Assembly: GCA_946965045.2 (NCBI GenBank)
Contig: OX337235.1
Span: 372,001-436,000, forward strand
Direction: 5' to 3'
DNA from: Epithemia pelagica
Lineage: Eukaryota > Protista > Bacillariophyta
Length of the DNA: 64,000 bases
Part shown: in pieces, positions 46,972 through 58,042 of the stretch
Position numbering within the stretch: position 1 is the first letter of the stretch
How the letters are laid out: every line of letters starts with the position of its first letter
Program-made: the position numbers and the translations under genes
The notes under the pieces: generated by a model
Databases searched by the model: none
What the model saw: the letters and a program-made list of their open reading frames with translations, nothing else
What the model was told of the DNA's origin: nothing

Positions 46972-47240
46972 GAAAAAACAAACACAGTCCATCAACCATT
47001 GTAAACATGAATCTTGGGTGCGTGCGTGTTGCTGGACGAGTTTGGAATCTCCATTGTTTCTCACGAAACACAGAGCTTGCGCGCGCCATAAAACAGGCCG
47101 CTAAGGATGCTTTTTCCCCTTGTATAATATTTAGTTGCGGGACTCCTCATCCTTTTTCAGGATGGTGCATTGGAAACTGGAGCAGGGCTCAACGTGTCTC
47201 CAATCGACAAAACATGCATATACTCCAATTTACCCAAACT

Positions 47241-47773
47241 GAATTGACCTTGGTCAAGGCCTTGCCAACGGGATTGTACACAAAGTTGAAGGTACAGTTG
47301 TGGACATGTACAAAGGTGGCACTGCCACTTTGACAAAGCTCAAAGCAAACAAAGTTTTCAAAGTCTCCGTTGGAAATCTTGGCATGACGGTAACTGACTT
47401 GTTCAATGGGCCCAGCCGCAGCAGCAACACGGGCAACGACAATGGTAGCCTCATTGGCCTTGGCATTGCAGCAGCATCTTGGATCATCGTCATCGAAGGG
47501 GACGGTCCAACCAACGTTGGTGACCACCGACCGCAATATCAGCCACTGTATGTTTTGCCAAAGGCTTGATTGTGGGCCTTGAGGACCACTTGATTGATTG
47601 TCACGGTCCGACAATTCGTGGGGCAAACCAATCAAGGTGAGCTGGGCTTGGGTGATTTCGTCATGCCCGTAGGCCGTTTCGACAGGTCCAATGTTGTTCA
47701 CGGGCGCCAAGAAGGAAAAGGTACAGTCCTTGGCATGAACTATAAATTGACATACGAGGACTTTTGAAGACAA
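47241..47773 (-). pseudogene. Diverged remnant of the secreted-protein gene
   Basis: VHAKDCTFSFL...DDDDPRCCCNAKANEAT...NPVGKALTKVN, with deletions. Confidence 0.75.
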
Positions 47774-48072
47774 GTCTACCCGTGTTGTAAGTAAAAGGGG
47801 GCGGAATCATGGGATATGGGTAACAATCATAGCAAGAAGATAATTGGAGTGGTCGATCAGGATTAGTTCGTCGCAAAAGGACGAGCCTTTCTCTTTCCCT
47901 CTTTCCATGAAAGAAACCTACCAAAACACAGACAACTACCTTGGACTACTCTCCAACAAAATCATGTCGGTTCAACAAGTGGGAGTAGTATATAAACTGT
48001 GAGAACTGTTCTTTCCCTGACTCGTGTTTTCTTGATAGGTAGTATCTTCCTGTCATTCGGACCATTTACTGG

Positions 48073-49075
48073 TTACCACTCAAAGTGAAATCCCCCCATT
48101 ATGACAATGTAGCGAATTTGAACTACATGAGCGCAACATCCATGTCGGCCTGCAAGTAATTTACAAATCAATATATTCCAGTGGCTCTTCTTCGAGCTGT
48201 TTTTTTTTGTTGTAGAAAAATGAAGCAGATCTTTCACGTTCCTTCGTTCCACACAATCCAAACCAGAAGAAGCACCATTGTATCCTCCCATATCGTAGCT
48301 GCCTTCATTGCACACCGCCGCGGCATGTCCCTCATGCCTCTTGTTCATGGGTGGTCCTTCTTGCCATTTCTTGTGTAGTTCGGCCAAATTCAACTATTGG
48401 TGGCACAGAGACCGTTTCGGTTTCCTCCCAATGCGACAGCGGTTTGTCCCCTCTTGTCATCATTGTTGCAAGGGTTCAGTGCGACCAGCGCAGTCTTACG
48501 CAAACGCCATCCAGACCCTCAAGTCTATTTTGGTTTTTTGTCCAAGATGAAAAGCCCCGAATATCGTGCTTGTTCGTGCAGTGGCATCATTCTTTGCATG
48601 GTTCCAATCGTCGAATATAATACAAGGACTTTTAGACTGGGAATCAATGGAATGGATGCGAGCACGTCTGATCCATTTTGTGACGAGACAATCGTGACGC
48701 CGGCTCGCGTGAGCTCCCGCCGTGTACCTTGCCTGTGCTTCTGCACGACCAAACCATCGCCCGGCCCACCCAAACGGTTTTGGGTTTTGGCCCTTCCAAA
48801 ATATGATCCGAAAGCAAAAACCGTGACATCGACCATGGTCTTTTTGTTTTCTTCCTTCTCCCGGTGTGGACGACTTGTGTCGTGGATGCTTGGTCTGTGG
48901 ATTTTGGCGTATGCGTACCAGAATCATGTTGCTGAGGCATTTTGCCTTCCTGGATCCAATCTACAATCCTTTGTGGAAGGCCAAAAGTAAGTATTAGTTG
49001 GTTGTACCAAAGATTTGGTGTCGTCGTTTTGTTGAGTGGTGACAAGTGGTTTGTCCCTCTTGTATCCTTTTCCAC
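48073..49075 (-). pseudogene. Degraded Kelch-repeat gene (copy 2)
   Basis: KKWQEGPPMNKRHEGHAAAVCNEGSYDMGGYNG. Confidence 0.65.
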
Positions 49076-49247
49076 AATGTTTCTTCCTTGAACTAATGTT
49101 TCTGTGGCTTGGCATGGATTCTTGTTCTGGCATGACTCATTACAAACTATGTACTATCACTCGGAATGATTCGACCATTCTCGATCGTCTACTGCACTGT
49201 ATCAACGAATCCAACTCTGCTACAACAAACTTATTTGTCGCTATATT

Positions 49248-51571
49248 GTGTCTACAACTCAACGCAACAACAACAATAGAACTATTTTCGCGATACGGAG
49301 TAATGGAGGCTCTACCAACAACGGGGGGAGAGAGGTTGGAGGGGACAATGACGGAACCCGCCCAGCTAAAAAGAACCGAAAAGTGACCATAAGGAAGACT
49401 CGCCAAATCTTGAAAGCAAGCTCTCCGAATCCACCGGAGGACAGCAAAACACTTGGTGACTACTTGGAAGACGTTGGTTCAAGACAGAATTGTCAGAAAA
49501 ACGGAAAAACTATGCTATAGAAACGATTCGAAGTCCATCGATCGAAATGTTGAAAGAAGATCCTAAACTCTGTGCAGCTTTTCAAGACTATTTGACGATT
49601 GACTTGAAACATTTTTTGACAACAGGAAAAGTAATTCCTATGGATTCTTCCCCCAATGAATCCCAGAGAGTGGCCTTGATCGACTTTGACATCAAAAACA
49701 ACGCTATGTTTTACAAACGAGACTTGAATGCATTCAATGCTCGAGTGGAAGAACTTTTCAAATGGAAAGACTCCGCAAGAGACGAGTACATGGCTCCGTA
49801 TTTTCCGCTCATCCAATCGAGTGGAACTGGCAAGACCAAATTGCTACACGAATGCAAAAAGATGTTTAACAGTGACAATCAAAGCGACGTTCACTGCGAA
49901 CTTATTCTGTGCCATTATGGTGAAGTCACGCACTTAGCATGGGGCAGTGACATATTCTCCGACACTCTGGACGTTAAAATAATTGGAACCACCAAAGATG
50001 GCCAAGAAACGCTGTGGAAGAAGTTGGATGCTTTTGTAGAGAAGGCAAGAACGAAAAAGGTCGTGCTGCTATTTGACGAGTCCCAACACCTCATCAACAA
50101 TGGTGATGGGTTTTATTTTCGAAGCATACGATGGTGGCTTCGAAAAGAACGAAATGAACATAACATTGTTGGCGTGTTTGCAGGAACAAGCATGAGTTTG
50201 GCAAACTACTTTCCGGAACCACCGCAGAATTCATACTACTCAAGAAATGTAAGACCAACATACAACTCAGGCAAAAGAATGTATGCTCCATTTTTCGAAA
50301 TCACAACGAATGGACTTGTTTCAATCACCAATGGTTCCGAATTCGATAAAGAATCTTCTACAGAGTTTGATGTTGCAGTTCAATATGGGCGCCCGTTGTT
50401 CGCTCGGATGCATCTAAAGGGTGATTTGAAAGATGCGTTGGACTCAATTTTGCTTCGGATGAAAGGTGGGACCTACAAGATTGAATTGGAGAACGTGAGT
50501 TCATGTTTTTCAATTTTGGCAGCTCGTCTGCAAATGGGCCAAGTTTCATTTGATCTTGCGTCGAAACAAGTGGCTTGGGGGTATGCTGATCTCACTCATT
50601 TTGACCCGGAACAACCAACTGTCGCAGATATTGCGTACCTTCCGGATCCGGTATGCGCATGGCTTGCCATGTCCCAAATGATTGAGAACTGCGAGTCTTT
50701 TGGCGCCTTTTCTCAACCTCCTTCTTTCTGGTCCGAATTTGCCATCAAGATGTATACGTCTGCATTGTGTCGTCCTGAAAAGGGAGATGTTGGTCAAGTC
50801 GCGGCTGCTTTTTACATGCTAGCTTGTGGAGACGAGTTGCGCTGGGAAAAATCACAAGATCTGTTACAACTCTCTGTTCCACTCGAGAAATTTATCAAAA
50901 GACTGCAAGGCAACGATGATGATTCATCTAGCGTTGATAGCACTGGAGAAGCAAGCGTCAATTTCATCCAAGTGTGTCGTAATTACTTGCGTTACAGCCT
51001 AAAAGAACTGCAGGAGAGTGGCCTTTTGGAGCACTGGTATCGAAGTGCAAGGGCATCCTATGCATATGCCTCTTGCCCAGCTTACGACCTGGTGATACCT
51101 GTGCGATACAAACACAATAATCATGATCACTATTGTCCCATGCTAGTGAGTGTAAAGAATCGACTATCTTACACTCCCGAGCAACGCCAGAGTGCACTCA
51201 GCGCCATGGAAAAGGTGTTTAAGGGCGCTGGCATTGAAACTGGGTTGTGTATTCTCTTACTGATTGGCCTCAAGGATCCATCGCAAAACCCCGGCCCTGG
51301 TATGAATTTCTCCCGTGGTTCAATTTCGACATTTATAATCGAAGTGCCTGCCAATGACCGTTTTGGAGCGACCAAGCTCGCCGCTTCTTCGACTCGTGGA
51401 GGAGGGGAAAAGTCGGAGGTCATGGTGTCTCATTCAGACGTTGCATTGGGAAGTGGAAAAAGCTTTGAGCGGTTGCTGCGAGACGAGACACTGAAGCAGA
51501 TCCCATCATCCGAGTTTTTGCAAGAGATCGCAAAGGGCTTTGAGGACGCCTTGCAAGAAAATGACATCTAA
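49248..51571 (+). pseudogene. NTPase-REase copy 4 with a 1-bp deletion at ~49473
   Basis: gaagacgttgg vs gaagacgattgg in other copies; splits ORFs 49248..49520 and 49490..51571. Confidence 0.75.
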
Positions 51572-51707
51572 ATACTCTTCTCCTATTGCAGTAAAAAAGA
51601 AGAACAAGAGAGCATACCACCTCGCCATTTCTACTTTTTGCATAAAGCGTTGGTCGTTATTGATCGTTGGCCAATTTGAAACTTTCCTTGTCGGTGCCCC
51701 CCTAAGT

Positions 51708-52340
51708 TACCCTCTCTTGGATAAGGACGACAACGACGAATGGTGATTCAAGTCGATTGCAGTCCGCACATTGTAAAACTGTCGAGTATTTCCAGGAAAA
51801 TTCGATTCTCGCCGTACTGGACAAGGGATTGATGGATCCGTTTGTCTCGTACCTATGCCCATCACACGATGGACGATCGAAACACGTGCACGAAATTTTT
51901 CGAGCTGTCCATCGCGTCTTGAAACCCAATGGGTATTTATTGTATCTGGTCCCTGTCGCAACCCGAATTCTTGTTGCCCGTGTTGGAACAAGAAATTCTC
52001 ATTCAACCCACTTCCGACCATGAGGATGATACCGACAATCCAAAACACGTATCGCAATTATCAACCCTTGACATCCCTGTCATTATCATCGTCTTCCACC
52101 CAATCTACAACGATTCTGACGCGAACGCCTCGCCATCCCATTACAGGAAACCCTACTTGTGGCAACGGGTGGACATTCGCCATGATATAACCAATCAATT
52201 CCTCTTGTATCGGTTTCAAAAGGCGGCGTGGAGTGTTCCGTTCCCAACGACACGTCGCGGAGGTGGTGCGCAACCATTCTCCTCCCGCTTGCCACGCCAT
52301 TCGTCTCACAACAAGAAGAAGAATAACCATCGACAACTAG
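51708..52340 (+). pseudogene. 3-prime methyltransferase remnant
   Basis: Inverted near-identical copy of 33905..34541. Confidence 0.8.
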
Positions 52341-52674
52341 GAGCTTTAGAAAAAACAAACACACAAAAGTAGACACACAAAAGAAAGACTTTTGCCACAC
52401 CAAAAAAGAGCCATGACGGATGAATTCTACCTAAAGACACGCATCTACACTATATCGAAAGGAACGCGTGTGGATCCTACCAAACGCACCAGAAAATGTA
52501 TTTGTGTGCGAGCTTGCGCCCAATAAAAAAAGGCCGCTATGGATGCTTTTCCCCCTTCTATTATATGTATATGCTTAAATCTCCATCCTATTTTCAGGAT
52601 GCTGCATCGCAAACCGGAGCAGGGCTCAACGTGTCTCCACTCGACGAAACATGCATATACTGCAATGCCCAAAC

Positions 52675-53703
52675 TTAATTGGCCTTGGTCAAGGCCTTGC
52701 CAACGGGGTTGTACACAAAGTTGAAGGTACAATCGTGGACATGTTCAAAGGTGGCACTGCCACTTTGACGAAGTTCAAAGCAAACAAAGTCTTCAAAGTC
52801 ACCGTGCGAAATCTTGGCATGGCGGTAACTGACTTGTTCAATGGGACCAGCGGCAGCAGCAACACGGGCAACGACAATGGTAGCCTCATCGGCCTTGGCA
52901 TTGCAGCAGCATCGTGGATCATCGTCATCGTAGGGGCAGCACAATCCACAAGAACGGTCCAACCACCCTTGGTGACCACCAACAGCAATATCGGCAACGG
53001 TTTGGAACAACCCCAGAGACAAGGCGGAGTTGCTAAAGGCTTGGTTGTGGGCCTTGAGAACCACTTGGTTGAGAATTTGATTGTCATGGTCCGACAATTC
53101 GTGGGGCAAGCCAATCAAGGTGAGCTGGGCCTCGGTGATTTCGCCATGTCCATAGGCCGTTTCGACGGGTCCAATGGTGTTCAAGCCAGTGTGTTCCAAA
53201 AAGGAAAAGGTACAGTCCTTGGCATGAACTAAATTGACATAGGAGGACTTTTGAAGACGGTCGCACAAGTCAAATTGGAACTGTTCGTGAAGAAGACCAA
53301 GATCGGCCGTGGCACCCAACACACTGTCCTTGTAATAAAAGACATCGACTTGAGCATTGATAAAGGCAGCTTCTTCCTGGCTATTCTTTACAAGCGAAGT
53401 ACTGCTGGGTGTCCACCAGAAGGAGTCGGAAGGAATGGTGGAGAAGCCTTGAGTCTTGATATCGCCCAACTTTTGGCCCGCCTTGTCGAAACCAAAGGCC
53501 TGGTTGTATGCTGCCTGAGCTTGCTTGGTAATAAAGTTGGCTTCCTCGTCCGAGACCACGTCCGAAAGACCACCCACGACAATGCGAGCATTGTACGATT
53601 CCGACGAGGCACTGGCAACCATTTCTTGAAAGGCAGCACGCAAGCTAAAGTCGGCGGCAGCCGAAGAGAAGAGCATGGTGAGAGCAGCAAGAGAAAGCTT
53701 CAT
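52675..53703 (-). CDS. Secreted two-module protein (copy 3, 342 aa)
   Basis: Near-identical to copies 1 and 2. Confidence 0.8.
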   Translation of the reverse strand: MKLSLAALTMLFSSAAADFSLRAAFQEMVASASSESYNARIVVGGLSDVVSDEEANFITKQAQAAYNQAFGFDKAGQKLGDIKTQGFSTIPSDSFWWTPSSTSLVKNSQEEAAFINAQVDVFYYKDSVLGATADLGLLHEQFQFDLCDRLQKSSYVNLVHAKDCTFSFLEHTGLNTIGPVETAYGHGEITEAQLTLIGLPHELSDHDNQILNQVVLKAHNQAFSNSALSLGLFQTVADIAVGGHQGWLDRSCGLCCPYDDDDPRCCCNAKADEATIVVARVAAAAGPIEQVSYRHAKISHGDFEDFVCFELRQSGSATFEHVHDCTFNFVYNPVGKALTKAN

Positions 53704-54965
53704 GGTGAATGTACTTGTTTTTTAAAATCGGTGCAAAGACTTAACATTCTGCTGGTGCGATGGAGGCTTTTTGGTTTTGCCGTTCGGGAAATTGTGAGCA
53801 AAGTGAGAGATCTGGAATTTGGAGTGATGTGGGTCCACAAGGCCACGTGTCGTCTGAGTGGGAGTACAGCGCAAACATTTCATTGGAACGTTACCTAGTG
53901 TTGATAGCGTCTCGGTCACGGGAAGTGAGATGTGACCCATGCATCTATCCAGATTTGTTTGGCGTGTTTTGGTAGTGGAAGAATCTCATGAGAATGTTTT
54001 CCTCTATTAGTCGACACAGCATTGAGATCTGATTGGCTGTTTACGTCGTTAGTAGGGCAAGTCCTTAGGCCGGCTGCGTCCTTAATGTGTGTTGTCGGTT
54101 GGATCTTGTGGGTTGTCGTTTTCTCGCTGGCTTTGATTGATTTTTTCGATGCAGCGTGGTCTATACACAAACTAACAACTAACACTCTCAACGAAAAAAG
54201 GAGAACAACTATACGAACACGAGTATGTTTCCAGATTCCCGAACATCATCATCCTTTTTGGCTCCTTGATGCCATTGGTGGAATAGACCCAGTCTACTTG
54301 CTCCATATGCTCAAGTGGCTCTCGAGAGTGTATTCCCGATTGTGGAATTTATTTCTCCGCCCCCCCCGCCTTGCACTCAACCCAATCCTCGCTCCCCGTA
54401 AATAAAAGGGGGAGGAATCCCATGGATAGGGATAGCATTGATAGTAGGAATTGATGATTGATGAATAGGAGTAGCAGTGGAGGGAGTATTTTTGCTATCG
54501 TTCGTCGCAAAGGCGCTCCTAGAGAGTTTCTCATCATGGTCAAGACACATTGTTGAAAAGCGTTCTATCTCATGAGAAAGATTGACGGACTCCGCCATAT
54601 GTCTTTAAAGTTCAATACATCCTATACTTTTATTTGGAGAAGACAATGTAACCATTTTATATTAAACGGAGCTGTGTCAAACTGAGGGCATTGTCGTCGT
54701 TTCGAGAATCGTAAGGTAGCTATGGTGAATCGTTGTTGCAGCCGCCGATAGAACACGAGACAAATGCCCCTATCCAACGACGAGCAACGTTAAGGCATAG
54801 TGTACACGATGCAACCCAGCTGTGACGCGATCAGGTAATTCTTCGTAACGTAAACTATTTAGCGGCGCAAACGTCGTGATGGTTGCCTTAAACGAGACGA
54901 GGATGGTGCTGTCATTGTGCTTGTGGCTGTACGGATGGTTGCCACAGTACCAGTACGATGATTTA

Positions 54966-55123
54966 TTCGTCATTGCCCCCTCCACCCTCTCCCCCGTCGT
55001 TGTTGATAGAGGCGTCTCTTGTATTTGGAAAACCATTACTCCTCAATGCGACAATTGTCGTGGCCTTCGTAGAATCAGTAATGGGAATCAACACATAGAA
55101 GCTCCACAGTAGACCAAAAAAAT
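54966..55123 (-). pseudogene. 5-prime remnant of NTPase-REase gene in the palindrome spacer
   Basis: Copy of 31595..31752. Confidence 0.75.
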
Positions 55124-55909
55124 ACAGTGATATCGACGAGCTCGTCGCCTAATATGTTCTTTTGGGTTCATGCTATCTTCCAGCTATCCATGCTACCCCT
55201 ATTCTCCACCCTTCTGTATCGGTGTGCATAATGTGGGGGAGAGGGGGGAACATAATCATAAATCATATTCAGGGAACACGGGAATAGATGACCAATCAGC
55301 CAATCACAGCAGCCTGATAATTTACGACCAATGAGCATTCGGTCTTTTCCACCAATGGTATCAAGTATATCAAAGAGCCAGAACCTCCGGGACGGGGATG
55401 GACGAACACCTTTGTAGTTGTAGATCTCTTTTTGCTGGGAGACTGCTGGTTGTGTCTACTCGTAGGGTCTAGACGACGCTATATCTGAACAACCAATAAA
55501 AACCAACGAGAAAATGTCAGCACACAAGGTCCATCCAACAAAAAGAACGCATCCGGTTTCAAGTCCTTGCCCTACTTACGAGGCGCTCCTCAATCCTAAA
55601 CCACCAATCCGATCGCAACGGTGTATATCGACTTAAAGAGGAAACATTCCACTGCGATTCGCCCACTATAACGAAATGTGCCAATCCAAACTCATGCATT
55701 GAAAGGCAAACACGACCACGCCTTACTGGGCCCCTTGTCCCAATGTGTTTTCTTTTTTATCCCATTGTTCCCATCGAGACTCTGTCTCCGCCCTCCTCAA
55801 AATTCCATCTCTCACTTTGCTCACAATTTTACAAATTGCCAAAAAGCCTCCATCGCACCAGCAGAACGTTAAGTCTTTGCACCGATTTTAAAAAACAAGT
55901 ACATTCACC

Positions 55910-56937
55910 ATGAAGCTTTCTCTTGCTGCTCTCACCATGCTCTTCTCTTCGGCTGCCGCGACTTTAGCTTGCGTGCTGCCTTTCAAGAAATGGTTGCCAG
56001 TGCCTCGACAGAATCGTACAATGCTCGCATTGTCGTGGGTGGTCTTTCGGACATGGTCTCGGACGAGGAAGCCAACTTTATTACCAAGCAAGCTCAGGCA
56101 GCATACAACCAGGCCTTTGGTTTCGACAAGGCGGGCCAAAAGTTGGGCGATATCAAGACTCAAGGCTTCTCCACCATTCCTTCCGACTCCTTCTGGTGGA
56201 CACCCAGCAGTACTTCGCTTGTAAAGAATAGCCAGGAAGAAGCTGCCTTTATCAATGCTCAAGTCGATGTCTTTTATTACAAGGACAGTGTGTTGGGTGC
56301 CAAGGCCGATCTTGGTCTTCTTCACGAACAGTTGCAATATGACTTGTGCGACCGTCTTCAAAAGTCCTCCTATGTCAATTTAGTTCATGCCAAGGACTGT
56401 ACCTTTTCCTTTTTGGAACACACTGGCTTGAACACCATTGGACCCGTCGAAACGGCCTATGGACATGGCGAAATCACCGAGGCCCAGCTCACCTTGATTG
56501 GCTTGCCCCACGAATTGTCGGACCATGACAATCAAACTCTCAACCAAGTGGTTCTCAAGGCCCACAACCAAGCCTTTAGCAACTCCGCCTTGTCTCTGGG
56601 GTTGTTCCAAACCGTTGCCGATATTGCTGTTGGTGGTCACCAAGGGTGGTTGGACGGTTCTTGTGGATTGTGCTGCCCCTACGATGACGATGATCCACGA
56701 TGCTGCTGCAATGCCAAGGCCGATGAGGCTACCATTGTCGTTGCCCGTGTTGCTGCTGCCGCTGGTCCCATTGAACAAGTCAGTTACCGCCATGCCAAGA
56801 TTTCGCACGGTGACTTTGAAGACTTTGTTTGCTTTGAACTTCGTCAAAGTGGCAGTGCCACCTTTGAACATGTCCACGATTGTACCTTCAACTTTGTGTA
56901 CAACCCCGTTGGCAAGGCCTTGACCAAGGCCAATTAA
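55910..56937 (+). pseudogene. Secreted two-module protein copy 4 with a 1-bp deletion at ~55959
   Basis: gctgccgcgacttt vs gctgccgccgacttt; the signal peptide is out of frame with ORF 55969..56937. Confidence 0.75.
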
Positions 56938-57269
56938 GTTTGGGCATTGCAGTATATGCATGTTTCGTTGAGTGGAGACACGTTGAGCCCTGCTCCGGTT
57001 TGCGATGCAGCATCCTGAAAATAGGATGGAGAGTTAAGCATATACATATAATAGAACGGGAAAAAGCATCCATAGCGGCCTTTTTTTTTATTGCGCGCAA
57101 GCTCGCACACAAATACATTTTCTGGTGCGTTTGGTAGGATCCACACGCGTTCGTTTCGATATAGTGTAGATACGTGTCTTAAGGTAGAATTCATCCGTCA
57201 TGGCTCTTTTTTGGTGTGGCAAAAGTCTTTCTTTTGTGTGTCTACTTTTGTGTGTTTGTTTTTTCTCAA

Positions 57270-57907
57270 GCTCCTAGTTGTCGATGGTTATTCTTCTTCT
57301 TGTTGTGAGACGAATGGCGTGGCAAGCGGGAGGAGAATGGTTGCGCACCACCTCCGCGACGTGTCGTTGGGAACGGATCACTCCACGCCGCCTTTTGAAA
57401 CCGATACAAGAGGAATTGATTGGTTATATCATGGCGAATGTCCACCCGTTGCCACAAGTAGGGTTTCCTGTAATGGGATGGCGAGGCGTTCGCGTCAGAA
57501 TCGTTGTAGATTGGGTGGAAGACGATGATAATGACATGGATGTCAAGGGTTGATAATTGCGATACGTGTTTTGGATTGTCGGTATCATCCTCATGGTCGG
57601 AAGTGGATTGAATGAGATTTTCTTGTTCCAACACGGGCAACAAGAATTCGGGTTGCGACAGGGACCAGATACAATAAATACCCATTGGGTTTCAAGACGC
57701 GATGGACAGCTCGAAAAATTTCGTGCACGTGTTTCGATCGTCCATCGTGTGATGGGCATAGGTACGAGACAAACGGATCCATCAATCCCTTGTCCAGTAC
57801 GGCGAGAATCGAATTTTCCTGGAAATACTCGACAGTTTTACAATGTGCGGACTGCAATCGACTTGAATCACCATTCGTCGTTGTCGTCCTTATCCAAGAG
57901 AGGGTAA
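57270..57907 (-). pseudogene. 3-prime methyltransferase remnant
   Basis: Direct copy of 33905..34541. Confidence 0.8.
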
Positions 57908-58042
57908 CTTAGGGGGGCACCGATAAGGAAAGTTTCAAATTGGCCAACGACCAATAACGACCAACGCTTTATGCAAAAAGTAGAAATGGCGAGGTGGTAT
58001 GCTCTCTTGTTCTTCTTTTTTACTGCAATAGGAGAAGAGTAT

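Larger units (their letters stand above)
47516..53820. repeat. Left arm of ~14.5-kb quasi-palindrome (pairs with 55800..62078; also inverted vs 32429..38707)
   Basis: Coordinate sums are nearly constant: 51571+58043=109614, 52675+56937=109612; 34677+51571=86248, 32546+53703=86249. Confidence 0.92.

Noticed and set aside
49470-55960. Programmed frameshifting at the 1-bp lesions in effector copy 4 and secreted copy 4
   Set aside because: No slippery heptamer or downstream structure; sister copies are in frame, so decay or sequencing error is more likely.
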